DNA from: Anthoceros angustus
Lineage: Eukaryota; Plantae; Anthocerotophyta
Direction of reading: 5' to 3'
NCBI GenBank assembly: GCA_010909165.1
Contig: MU008171.1
Coordinates: 744,001-808,000 of the forward strand
DNA length: 64,000 nt
Shown: positions 11,399 to 24,058 of the stretch, piece by piece
How positions within the stretch are numbered: position 1 is the first letter of the stretch
Layout: the number at the start of each line of letters is the position of its first letter
Position numbers and translations under genes: made by a program
The notes under the pieces: generated by a model
Seen by the model: only the letters and a program-made list of their open reading frames with translations
What the model was told of the DNA's origin: nothing
Database searches by the model: none

Positions 11399-14300
11399 AT
11401 GACAGAGTCATTAGCCGACGAGCTTCGAGCTGAGGCAAGTCTGGCCAAAACGGAAGCATCAAACGGAATTGAGCTGCCTACTCATGTCGAGAGCAATGGT
11501 GATCGGTCAGAGAACCTGGAGCAGGTAACATTGCACTGCCTGACCATATATGTTGGCAATACCATCTTGTATGTCAAGCCCTGTTACTTCATTCTGCAGC
11601 TCGTTAAATTATCCAGTGACTGAAGCCTGCTGGGTGGTGCTGTTTATCTCTAGGGAGAAGCCACCAAAGCCTACCCTTCAACAAATTTTCCTGTGCCTGA
11701 AAGTGAAGGCAATTCTGTCACGGAGACAACTGAGGCTGTGAATGTTGCTCAGCAGGAATCTGCAGATAGAAACTTGGATCTCAACAAGCAGGCGCTGAAC
11801 TCACAGCAAGATGTTCTAGACCTGGAAAGGAAGGTGAAGGAGGCATCAGCCAGAATCGCTGCGTTTGCACAGAAGGAAAAGGACCTGAAAGCTCGTGTGG
11901 ATTTTGTTGAAAGGGAAACCAGTGCTCAATTGGAAGCAGCTCAAGATGAAGTCCGGAAGGTGAAGGCGAGTGCAGAAGTTTCTCTCCAGGAGCAACAAAA
12001 GGCCACTCTTGCTGCTGAGGAGAAGGTGCTGGCACTAGAGAAGAAGCTACAGGTTTCTGAGGCCAGATTCTCTACTTTGGAAGAACAAAGTAGAGCCCAT
12101 GAAGCGAAAGCAAGGGAGCTTGAGGGTGAGGCCAGCTCCTTCAAAACCTCCAGCGCAGAGCATAAACAGAAGGCGGATATTGCTGCAGAAAAAATACACG
12201 AGCTGGAGGGTTCGTTGCTGGCAGCGAAAGAGGAGGTCGACAAAGTACTTAAAGATCTGCAGGAGCAGAATGAGCACCACAAGGGGGAGGTGAAGGAACT
12301 GGAAACAACGGCGCAGAGAAAAGTTGCTGAGCTGCAAAGTTCCTTGCTTGAATCCCAAGCACAAATTGGCCAGCTAGTGAAAGATCTGCAAGAGACGGAA
12401 GGTCGTCACAAGGAAGGAGTGAAGGAACTGGCTTTGAGGGAAAATGGTCTAAATGATGCAAATGTCAAGATTTCCGACCTTGAGGGTGATCTGAAAGCCA
12501 CGAAGGACTTGGTGGAAACTTTGAACAAAAAGTTGAATGATGCAGCACAGCAAGCAGAAGACGACCAACATCTTGTGAAATCTCTGCGGGAGGAAGTTGC
12601 TGAATCCTCCGCCAGGCTATCGAAGCTGGAAAGCTCTAAAGCAGAAACGGAATCAAGGTACAACGAAGCTCAGAAAGCTGTAGCCTCTCTTGAAACTGAG
12701 CTTGAGGAGCTGAAGGAGCGCTATGTGGGCTCTGAGACTGGTTTGAAAGAAGCCTTGGCCAAAGTGGAGACCCTCCAACAGCAATTGAAAGACCAAACTG
12801 TACGAACAGAGGAGCTCGTAGAGAAGCTGCAACTTGCTGAGGCTAATGCCAAGGAACACGAGAGCTTGCTCCAATCGCACGTAGAACAGGCGGGGAAATC
12901 AGCAGAGCAGATTCGGGAGTTGCAGAGCAAACATTATACAGTGGAAGGTAAACTTGCCAGTGCAGAAATTTCAGTGAAAGACCTTGAGGACCAGCTATCA
13001 CAAGCATGTACAGTGGCTCAGCGAAATGAGGCAAAGGTGGCAGAACTGGAAAAGAAGGCAGAGGCTGATGAGAAGGAACTGAAACGCTCTGCCGACGTAC
13101 TGCATGAGCTCAAAGGGTTGGTATCCCAGCATGAAGTTCAGGCCAAAGAGTTGGTGGGTAAGCTGGCCAATTCGGAGAAAGAACTGGAGCACACACAAAG
13201 TGAGCGAGATGAAATCCAGAATAGCTTAGCCTCCAAGATTCGTGAGCTGGAGGAGCAGCTTACGGTGTCAAAAGAAGCGCTTTCTCAACATGAGAATGCC
13301 TTGAGAGATCAGGAGGACAAGTCATTGCGATTGGAGGAGCAACTGGAGCGCACACAAAATGAGAGAGATGAGATCCAGAAAAAATTGACCTCGAAGGTTC
13401 TTGAGATGGAGGAGCAGCTTACGGGGTCCAAACAAAAGCTATCTCAGTATGAGAAAGCCGTGAGAGAAAAGGAGGAAACGACATTGCGGTTGGAGGAGCA
13501 ACTAAAGGATGTGGAACAAAAGGCTAGATTGGCCGAGAAGGATTTTTTGGCACAGGTAACGGATATAAGTGAAAAGCTGAGGTTGGCCGAGGAAAAACGT
13601 GTGCAAGTTGAGAGAGATTTAACGGGTTCCCTGGAGAAGTCCAAAGCGTTGGAGGGTCTGGTCTCTGATATTCAAGACGAGGTGAAGAGTTTGAATCAAA
13701 AACTGTCTTCCTCAGAGCAAAGGGCCGCCGACTACGAGCAACAGTTAAGGGCTTCTGAGGAAAAGGCCGCATACCACGAGGGTGGAGCAAGGAAAGCAGC
13801 GGAAAGGTCACTGGAGCTGGAAGACCTGTTGGGAGTTCATCGAGGTGAGGCCCAGGGTTTGAAGCAGCTGGTGCAATCGCATGAAGGGGAAGCCCAAGAG
13901 CTGAAAGGGAGAATTTCCTCGTTGGAGGCGTCCTTGTCTAGTGCTCAACGAGAAGTCCAGACAAGAGAGGATGAGCTCCGGCTTGCCAAAAATGCTTTGA
14001 GTGACCTTGAACAAAAACGTTTGGATCTGGAAGCAACCAATTCTGAACTGAAAGAACAAGTTTCTACCTTGGCACGGAAATTGAGTGAGGCAGAACAAGG
14101 GCATGCAACTGAATTGGAAGCTGCGAACAACCGCTTCACTGAATGGCAGGATCAAGTTGCACATGAGCGCGAGGTGCTGCAAAAGCAGGTATATGGTTAT
14201 TTAGCTGTCAGTGGAAGGGGTAACTTACATGTGAATAGCAACTTACATGGCTTGTCTGAATGTGAGTGTTATGCAGATAAATACCTTCGTGGAGGAGAAT

Positions 14301-15565
14301 GGGAATCTTCATTCTCAGCTTAGTACGCATCAAGAGAGACTTCATAAACTGCAGACTGAAAGAGAAGCAGATGCCAGCGAACTGAAGAAGAAGTCGTTTA
14401 GGGAGGTAACTCTTGATGGCGAGCTTCAGGAGCTGAAAACAAAGGTGGCCGACATCCCGAACTTGAAAAATCGTATTGTTGAGCTGGAACAAAAATTGAG
14501 AGAAGCCGACTCAAAGGATCAACAACAGGTTCGCTCCTTGTCTTCATAATCCTCTCTGTTCAGCTAGTGGTATGCTGCTTGACTTTATAAGGTTTGCGTC
14601 CGTTTCCCAATGCAATATTGTTCTTGGTTCTTGTGGCCTCCAGAAATCCATTGTGGCTTCAGAGGAGCAACGGTTAGCCGCTGCTCAGAAGGATGTTTCT
14701 GTATTGAAAGCACAATTAGCCAAATCTGAATCCGAGGTAAGGGCTTCTTCTTATTAGGTGTCATTTCACCAGACACTGGAGATGTCTTGAGTGAGGAGCA
14801 CGACCGATGTGTACCTATAGTATCAGCTTTCAGATTTGAAGTCGTTATGTATGCTGCGCGCTGTTTTGTATATCATGCTCACTTTAGTGATGAACAAGCA
14901 GGGAGCGAAAGAGCTACAAGCAGCTATCTTGGATGCAACAGACAAAGTTCAGAAAGCAGAAGCTGATGTCATAACGGCTCACAGCACTGTGGCAGAGCTT
15001 AAGGTAGTCACCGTAAAGTCCATGCATCGTGCTTTCCTTCCAGCTGTACACCATAACTCACCTCAGCTATTCCTCTCTCGACTCAGGCACAAATCAAGCA
15101 ACATGAAACAACGATATTATCTCTGGAAAGCAAACTGATGGCTGCGGAGCAGAAACGGAGCGTCCTGGAAGTCCCTGATGCCGAGGACAAAACCGTCTCA
15201 GAAGTGGTATGACTGTCTTTCTTATCCTACTTCGTCCAACCTAATACGAGTCACTGCAGGACACTTTCTTCACTTCTTCTGCTCTGTTCTTGCGGCAGGT
15301 GGAGAAGCCCCCGGTGCATGAAGACCGAAGTATCTCGAAGGACGCGCTGATCTCCGGAGCTGGTAAGCCCCGCAAGAGGAAAAGCAAGGGAGAGAAGGCT
15401 TCCGATGCAGAGGAATCTCCTTCCACGGAGATCTCATTTGTGGAGAAAGCAAAGCCGAAATCAAATGCCTTCTCAACTGGTGTGCTCTCGACTCTCGTGG
15501 CCCTCTCCGTTTCCTCCTTCGTCCTAGGTTTCTGGATACATTCCCGGTTCCCTAACGTGGTATAA
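11399..15565 (+). CDS. Long coiled-coil protein with C-terminal TM anchor (PICC/myosin-tail-like)
   Basis: 876-aa E/K/L/A-rich heptad ORF plus downstream exons ending ..STLVALSVSSFVLGFWIHSRFPNVV. The start could lie further upstream (see findings). Confidence 0.8.
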
Positions 15566-16482
15566 CGACCCAAATCTATGCCTATGCACCATATCATCTG
15601 ATACGCAATTTTTTGGTACTGCGAGCTGTATTGGCTTTGGTCCTATTTGTAGATACTGTTCTATCATCTTCCTCTATGTTCCGTCTCATCCTGGCCGGTA
15701 ATGGAGTCATACATCGGCTATGATTTTAGCCATTCGGGTCCCCTGTCAATGCTCTCATGTTCCCGTTTTTTGTACATCTGTTGCTACCTAGTTTGAAAAG
15801 AGAGGGCTGGAAGGTTTCTTTGTACATGATACATGGTACGCTGGAAGTCACGCTTTGTCCGCCGGTCGCCTGGCGTCACGCGGGGACGTGCCTATCCAGG
15901 CGCCGACACGTCGCCGCACAGTTAACCGCACCAGTTCGAAGCACCTGCCGGCCAGGGTTACGACAAAAGAGGCGTGTTCCCACTGACGATATATGTACAG
16001 GGTACCGCGAGATGGCGAGCTCGGAGTGGGCCCCGCCGCTTGGTTCCGGCATACGCGAGAGGCAGGTCACACCGAGGAGCTGTTACGTTAGCGCGGAATA
16101 AAAATGACGAGAGCGGGGACCCGATCCACGCCAGTTGTGCGTTGCTTAACGGAGGTTATACCGAGGGCCCACCACTTGAGCCAATACGGTGGATGACGAC
16201 GCTTACGTCGGATCGCCTTGTCCTGCCACCTTGAGCCCTTGAGCTTCCTCGGGCCCCGGCCTATATGAGGCCGCCTGGTGCTCGCCATCGTCTCCTTCCA
16301 GCGTTTTTCTTGCAGCGTCTCCTCTGCTCGCCTGCTCTGCTCCGCGCTCTCTGTTTCTTTGCTGCTCTTTCTGCCGGCTTCCCGCCCGGGATAGGAGGGC
16401 CTTGTGGTGCAATCTTGCGGGAGCGCGGGGGAGCAGGGAGGTACTATAGATCACGCTCGCCAGGGGTCGGGTGACCGGCACC

Positions 16483-17721
16483 ATGTTGGCTCTCTTCAGC
16501 AAGGCCGTGGCCAATGCGCCGGAGGAGCTCGCGGCTCCCGTGGGCGCCAGTCCCGACGGCAGGAGGAGCGCTGCCGCGATCCTCGGGGACTTCAGACGGC
16601 GGCATCCGCTGGCCACCGTGCTGCAGTTTGATGACATCACGGCCTTCGCGTTCACTCACTCGGATCAGGAGCTGCTCCGGCCCAGGTGAGGCTTTCTTTG
16701 CTGCGTGAGGGCGTGCGAGGTTTGTGTAGGCTGTAATTGGCGGACAGCGCCCGGATCTGGCATGCGCTGGCGGGATGAGGAGTGGCCCGAGGCTGGATCC
16801 GGGGCTTGGTGTCGATTTGGCGGCAAATGGCCTGGGGCTGTGAGGTGTCTCTGCTTGTCCTAGGTGCCTGGCGGGCACATTGCTTCCTCCGTGGAGGACG
16901 AAAGTCTTGTTCTTGTGGATGTGATTGTCAACTCCGTGACAGGCACCGGTACGTCCCGAGTTAACTGAAGGTTGCGTGGCGCTGGCAGGTCCCTGGCAGT
17001 CGTGGACGATATTTTCTGCATGTTTAGGGGGAACCTGGAGAACCTGCCGCAGCTGAGGCAGCAGTACGGGCTGGGGAAGTCTGTCAACGAGACTTCACTG
17101 GTGATTGAGATGTACAGATCGCTGCGCGATCGGGCCCCGTATCCTGCTGATCAGGTTGTGAAGGCAATTCATGGCCACTTCGTGTTCTTGCTGTTCGACG
17201 GCAAGACTCGATCAGTTTTTGTAGCTGCGGTGAGTGTTCTTGGTGCTTTTTCTGCTTCTTTACGGGCCGTGGTCCATGTGTATGGATCGGTGAAGGTCTG
17301 CATCCGGGGAAACATGTTTGCAGGACAACCACGGGAAACTGGAATTCTATTGGGGGGCCTCAGCCGATGGAGCTCTCGTCTTCTCCGATGACAAGTCTCT
17401 GCTCAAGGAAGCATGCGGAAAGTCACTTGCGCCCTTCCCTCAAGGTATTCTACTGTCCTGCTCGTCCAATGTCACATTGCGGCAACTCTCTCAAGACACA
17501 ATGTTGACCGATGGTGGCCTGTTGCAGGTTGCTTCTTCACCACCAGCGAGGGTCTGCACAGCTTTGAACATCCTCTTAACCCTCTGAAGGCAGTGCCACG
17601 AGTGGACAGCCAAGGCCAGATGTGTGGGGCAACCTTCAAGGTGGAAGTGAAGCCAGAGTCTGGGCCTCCTCCTCGCTTCCCACGGGTTGGCAGCGATGCC
17701 TCCTGGGCTACGGCCTTCTAG
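16483..17721 (+). CDS. Stem-specific TSJT1 / Wali7 / AILP1-like Ntn-hydrolase-fold protein (DUF3700)
   Basis: MLALFSKAVANAPEEL; DDIFCMFRGNLENL..LRQQYGL; YRSLRDRAPYPADQVV; ACGKSLAPFP; RVDSQGQMCGATFKV; RVGSDASWA. Four exons. Confidence 0.93.
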
Positions 17722-18707
17722 ATTATTAGGTGATGCAGCAGCCCTGTACAGAGGAGGGAAAGCAGGCTGGCACACCTACCATTTGTGTATAAATGAGATA
17801 TCGTACTGTACATTCTTTAGCAAGGAGCATTGAGGGCTATATGTATGTATGTAAAACTATAGCCTTGGTCCAAACTCCAAAGTTTGGAGTTTTAGTATGT
17901 ATCAAACCAGCACGTGCATGGAAGATAATGTTTTGGGTCTGAATCCAAAAAGTTCCGTGCCTGCAGTGGGCCTATAAAGTATTTATATCCGAGGAAATCC
18001 TGCAGATACTGTACACCACCTCATCTCGATTCCAGCGACCTGCATCTTGCTTTCTATCCACGACAGGTTGATACCCTTCCTTCCTGTTCCCCGTCTTGAG
18101 GAAATAAGTTCCGACTGCCACCATACTGGCACACTTTTTAGCGACCGGGTAAGGTCAAGATCTTGGTTGGATTTTGAATTACAAGCTGTCAAATATTTCG
18201 ACTTTGGCGTGTGTATATCTTCCTTATCTGCAGGCACATAGACCATCCACGGTGGTCCACCTGGGTGGCTGTCCGAATCACCAAGTCGGTGACCACCCAC
18301 GACGGCTCGCTTCACGGGCTGGGTGGAAAACTGCTGGCACATTTACCAGGAGAAGCCTTGCGCTTTCTTGTACAACTCTCATGTCCGGCGTGTCGCCCCA
18401 CGGCTCGTAACACTCTTCCTCGCAAGGTTCCAGAGTGACAACTGAAGGGCGGAAGTACAACTGTGCAAACCGTTGTTGAAAAAGAGCTGCACAGGCTGCA
18501 AAGCAACAAGGACAGGCTGTGAGTTGCCAGCTTGTGTAAGCTGTTGGGACGCTCATGCGGCTTTCATACATCTACAGGAGTGTCACAGAAAATCCATGCT
18601 TACAGAGTATCAACAAAAACGAAGGGTGAGTTAAATAGTTAGGATGAAGAGGACTACCGTAGTTGTACAATCGGGATGCCAATATGACGCACAGCGATGA
18701 TGCCGCC

Positions 18708-20774
18708 TCAACGGGAACGCTCCGCCAGTGTGAGCCTCTCTGCAAGCTTCTGCATGAACGTGGTAACAGCTTTGCCATCTAGACGAAGCCAGGAAGATTC
18801 AAAGGCATCATGTTGGTAGTCAGCCTGTAATTCCCTTGCCACTCGCCGGAATGCCCGGCCAAACATGTTCCCTTCCTGTGCTCCAAGCCTTGGTCGGTGA
18901 GATACACCCACAATCAGGAAGAGAGTTGACCCTGGATCGTAGGCCACACCCACAATAGGCTTCATCTTGCGGCCACTTTCCCTGAGAGCGTCCATAAGGA
19001 AATAACATAGCTTCGTCAAAGTGAGCGGATGCGCAAGCAAATTGTTGTCTGAGCCATCGTCGAGCTTGAACCATCTGCGAATACACAACTCTTATCAGTA
19101 TTGCTGTACAGAAACGGTCGCACGTCCATGCTTGGAAGAGAAGGCCCGCCAGGGAATACCTGAAGGCTTTACACATTCTGATAAACCCAGGTGTTGAAAT
19201 TGCATATTTGCCTTGCCTCAAGGTAGCTTCTTGCACGCTGATAGCATGTCGAATTCCTGCCTGTAGTTCAGCAGTTGCACTTGGGGCGAGCGCAGTCAAT
19301 GCCTTGTAGAAAGAGCTTTCCCATTCATCTCCCTTGCCTGATTCGAGCAAAGCAGTAACTGCATGCACAACATCTGCTGCAGATACTCTAGTGCCATAGC
19401 CATGGCGTCTTTGAAAGCTTCTATAGTAAAGGTCAGTAAGGCCAGCCTTGGAGGCAATTTTCTCAAACTCCTCTTTCAATCTTCTCTTTGTCTCAGAGGT
19501 CATATATTGAAACCTCTGTTGGCATTCCAACAAGGAAATGCCCATGTTTGCAAGATGCAGCTTCAAGTTTTTCATCCCATTATCACTCCAGGTCTTCAAT
19601 TTTGTTGCCACATAGGTAGAGCAAATCATGGAATCATACAAACTCCACTCCCTCAACAGCATGAGCCGAGGCTCATCTTCTAAAACGATTCTCGAGTTAT
19701 CTGGCGTAGGCACCCTGGTCCCATCTGTCAGGGTAACAGGAGCTCCCATTTCCAAGTTTCCAGCGCTGTTCACGTGGTTCTCCAACTCCATCATACTTGC
19801 AGCATAGCGCTCCGTGGTCAACCTTTCATGAACAAACTGATCTGCCAGTGACACACAAGCGAGCCATAATAGCTCATTGGTATTCTTGTGTAGTGCATGG
19901 GACAAGTCAAACATGAGGCAACCTGATGGTTTGCCATGGAATGTTCCCTTGCTGTAGTACTCCTTGATCTGCTGCCGGAGGTGCTGCCTGGCTTCAGGAA
20001 CTTGCTCGTCCTCTCCTTCATTTCCATCATCATCATCGTCATCCTCGTCCTGACCCCCATACCTCCGACCCCTACTTATCCTTTTCCTCTTAGCACCTGT
20101 TAACCACAGCAAAGCAAGCATGAGTTCCCCGAACTGACAACACCATCACCCAGACAACAGCTAATCGTAACGGAAAGCACACGCAGCTGGCTCAAAAGGC
20201 GAGCTTGTGGTAGGAGCAACATACCACGATGGTTGTTTTCCTTGTCGTGTCCATATTCTTCCCAGTCACTGTCATAGTCACCATCCTCAGCGAGCTCGGA
20301 ATCCTCAGGGTCGCAGTCTTCAGCCAAAGCCATCAGGTTAAAAGGGTAGGCCATGTCCGCCTCTCGCTGATCATCTGCCGTGTACAGGACAACAATCCGC
20401 TTATTAAGCGTGTTGAGGTTCTGCAAACTCACCGGCCTGTGGCTGTCAACCACAAAGACCAAGCTATGCACACCCGGCTTGAGCACATTGAGCAGATTCA
20501 AGGTTGCTCCCCAGTTGATCAACATCACGACATATGAGCTCTCCCCTGATTGTATTGTCTCCGCATATTTTCTTTGAAAATCCGAGACACTGGCAACAGG
20601 AAACACGGAGTACCGTATAGAGTCCGATCTGAGCAGATCAGTAACGATTCTCAGCGCGCATACAGAATCCGTGTCTGCCGCAGAGGGATAGATTCGAACC
20701 GGAGATGAGGAAGCAGAAACAGCAGCTTTCTTCAGCTCGCCATAGAAAACTGCCACATCCAGCAACCGCACCAT
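18708..20774 (-). CDS. CDC45: Cell division control protein 45
   Basis: DTDSVCALRI, LINWGAT, VVDSHRP, acidic insert, YYSKGTFHGKPSG, EPRLMLLREWSLYDSM, SAADVVHAVTALLE, GNMFGRAF..HDAFESS. Three exons. Confidence 0.96.
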
Positions 20775-21662
20775 GGCAACGTGCTGCTCACCCTTAACCT
20801 GCGCGGCGGATTTGAGAGCGCAACATTTGCCACCGTACCAGCGACGGGAACTCCAATCTTCTAACTCTCAGACTTTTCCCTGCTGCAATCCCAGCGACTC
20901 CCCAGCCCATCCTGTTCCACCAGGGGAAGATCTCAGCAGTTGAATTCCTCCACCTAAAACAAAAGAAGAGCCGGAAGAAACGAGCAAGGTCCCATCCCAG
21001 GGTCCTGCCATGGGCCACCGCCTGTGTCCGGAGCCTTGCGAGGCTCTTCTCCGGGCAAACTCAAGGCATCAACAGCAGCATCCTTTACAGCTCTTCCGCC
21101 TCCTCGCATTTCCAGCTCCCGGTCTGTCCGAAGGGGATCCCGGTGCAGGCCACATTCTTCAGGCCCTCGAGTTGCTACAACCGGTACGCAAACAGGATGC
21201 AGATGGAGAAATGCAGGACGACAGCCCAAGACCACTTCAGGGGGAAGGCACAATCTTTCTGCCCTTCCCTCCGTTTCCAGTTTGAACGCGTGCCCAAATT
21301 CCCTCTCTTCCCGGTTTGATACGCTCCCAGCCCGACGGTTCGGGCCGAACCGAAACCCGCACCAGCCCACTAGCTTGCTAGGTTGCCGAACCTTCATTCA
21401 AATTTTGAAACATGTACATAAATGATGGAAGGATGAAAGCTTCGCTGATTTGTCAGGAGTTGAACGCTGGCATTACTGAAAGCAAAACCTTCAATTTCTT
21501 ATAACTGATTGCACGCAAAGCAGCGTTTTCTTCTATTCAACCGTATCAGTAATTTCTGACACGGAGATTCCTCAAAATGCAGTCACAAATTGCAGACTGC
21601 AGCATGGTTTGTCTGTATACAGGCCCAAGGGTCCTGAAGGGCTCTACTAAGTCCTATACGAA

Positions 21663-21716
21663 ATAACCCATATCGGGCAGATATGCAGCGTCGCCAAACA
21701 CAGGCAATATGAACCC
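21663..21716 (+). promoter_or_regulatory. snRNA promoter of variant U1 (USE-like + TATA-like)
   Basis: ATAACCCATATCGG (cf. plant USE RTCCCACATCG) ~70 nt upstream and AATATGAAC ~25 nt upstream. Both are shared with the second U1 promoter. Confidence 0.6.
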
Positions 21717-21733
21717 GAAACAGACCTCCAATC

Positions 21734-21894
21734 ATCACTTACCTGGGCGGGGCCCATCGGTGGTCAAGATGGCCGATGACCTGGGACACCCTCGCCATTG
21801 CACCACGGCCTGGGTTGCCCCACTATCTACCTGCGGGTGGAATAGACGTCATTATTTGTTATAGCGGGGGCTCGCGTACGCGCGGCCCCTACCC
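21734..21894 (+). ncRNA. U1: U1 snRNA, variant copy
   Basis: ACTTACCTGG 5' end, CATTGCAC loop II, Sm-like ATTTGT, terminal GGGGGCTCGCGTACGCGCGGCCCCT hairpin, 3' box-like CAAGTTGAA. Confidence 0.9.
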
Positions 21895-22832
21895 AAACGA
21901 ATCAAGTTGAACTATGAATGGGACTCTCTCCATAGCCTGACGAGAGGCAACCTTGACCTTGAAGGTGTGGTCGCAGTTCATCTGGGTGGCTGACGACTGT
22001 ACCGCCAGTAAGCGACCAGCAATGTTGACGAGGACGTAGCTCCGATGGTAACAAGGATGTATCTCCAAACGTGACGAGGATGCTCTCGAAGATGAATCCG
22101 TTCGCTTACGCAACTTTTGATGCCTCGGATGGTAGCTAGCACGGTCGTGCGCTCTTCCACCAAGTAACCTTTATGTGTAATGTTTGTAGACATCACTAAG
22201 CAACAAGATGGATAACAACAAAATACATCTCACTCGATAGGACAATCTTGCCCCCGTGTAACGTTAGGCGTAATTTTTGCACACATCATCAGCAAAAAGG
22301 TAGATAACAACAAAATGTCAGTTGATAGGACCACATTAGATCGCAAATTGGGGGATGAAGCAAGGAAAAGACAGTCACTACAAGCTCAATTGAGGGTCTC
22401 GTCACGTTTCGAGGATGTCTCAAAAAAGTGAGCATCTATTTCTGAACAGGAGCGTCGTCCTCAACGCACTAAAAACCTATGACATTGTAGTCTCGTCGGT
22501 TGCCTGCGATTGTGGGACTTACCACCGTTTTCACAGTGGGCTTCTATTCACACAGATCAAAAAAACAGCCACTCTCTCCCTGCACACAACCGCGTTGAGG
22601 GCTGCCCGAGGCGCGCTTTGTTTTTTCACGCTCCACGGACGTCACGAATGACAAGATGGTATCGTCTGCGTAATAAAACGCTGAACGTTCCGGACAGTCT
22701 TTACAATCCCACTGGAAGTAATAAGGGCCGGAATACAGTATGTACGTAGATAGCTACAGACGACAGATCGCTGGCGTTTATCGGAGTAACTCCTTTAATC
22801 ACTTTCCATATGCTCTGACGATAGAACAAGTA

Positions 22833-22886
22833 ATAACCTATATTGCACAGGTATGCGACGTCGCCAAGCTTTCACTATATGAACAC
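22833..22886 (+). promoter_or_regulatory. snRNA promoter of canonical U1 (USE-like + TATA-like)
   Basis: ATAACCTATATTG...ATGCGACGTCGCCAA...TATATGAAC, collinear with the first U1 promoter. Confidence 0.55.
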
Positions 22887-22905
22887 GCTGAGCACACCTT
22901 CTTCC

Positions 22906-23066
22906 ATACTTACCTGGGCGGGGCCTATCGGTGATCAAGAAGGCCGATGACCTGGGGGAGTCTCCGCCATTGCACTACGGCCGGGGCAACCTCACTATCT
23001 ACCTACGGGTAGAATAGACGTCATAATTTGTGACAGCGGGGGCTCGCGTACGCGCGGCCCCTACCC
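22906..23066 (+). ncRNA. U1: U1 snRNA, canonical copy
   Basis: ATACTTACCTGG, loop I GATCAAGAAG, loop II CATTGCACT, Sm site AATTTGTG, terminal hairpin. Confidence 0.96.
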
Positions 23067-24058
23067 AAACAACCACTAAATTGGATTTGTGTGGGTTGTA
23101 GTTCATTTGAGATCTTGCTGGCCTGTTCCTGTTTGTACTTGTGGTTGTTTCTCAGACAGGTAGGTTGTCTGTTGTTGTTTGATGCGTGAGTCCCTGAATT
23201 TCTGCGTGTCGTTGCACTTCAAACCGCGTGACTGCTGCTATGTTGACAGCCCTGGAGATGCAGTTTGCATGTGGGCAGCACGGTGAGGTGCTGATGAAAT
23301 TGATCATGAACATGATCATGAAATTGATCGCGAGGACGATTGTCGGATGTACTTCAGTGCCCTGTAAGCAAGATGTGGTGGCCTAGGTGGTACTGGCCTT
23401 TCAAGCTGGTAAGCTTGTGAATCGATTTTTTAGAAGTTGCACCACAGTGAGACCTTGTGGACGGCCACTTTGTGTACATGTCGGTTGGGCCACAGCGATC
23501 TAAGACTAAACGGATGTAAGTAGTAAAACGGCAGCTGTTACTGTATTGAAACAGTGTGAGCAGGTTACAATCCAATCCCTGCGAAAGAAAATTGCCCGCT
23601 CTTGGGAAACAACCGAGGAGGGGTTGGAGCTTATCAGATTTCTATGCTTAGATGATAGTGGTGACTGGTAGGAACGAGGTCAGTCAAGACGTAAACCGTA
23701 TCTGCAGTGTCATTCTCGCAGTAACTGGTTGCAAAGACTGCAACTGCGTCCAAAGTTGCACCAGTATGCAGACCTGTGGTGTTTTGTTTCATCAGACCTC
23801 AGAGTACTTTTTGCAAATGCTGTAAATATGTACACAATTTCAATATGCAATTTGTGACAAAACGTTTCCAGCGAGCTCACATGAGTTCCCTCGTCATTTG
23901 AATGACTTGCCGAAAGCTATTGGCAATATGCCAGAGTCACATCTTACTATTCATAGGCAAAAGCAAGCTATGGCGGCTGAAATACCGTGGGACTCGTACC
24001 CATGTGCTGATGCATCGAAGAAGGCCACTTCAGATGAAGTTTTAAAGGAACTTTGCCA

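Noticed and set aside
17983-18571. ORFs between TSJT1 and CDC45
   Set aside because: No recognisable homology; probably 3' UTR or intergenic.
21280-21420. E2F site upstream of CDC45
   Set aside because: Only an imperfect CTTCCCGG; no exact TTTSSCGS seen.
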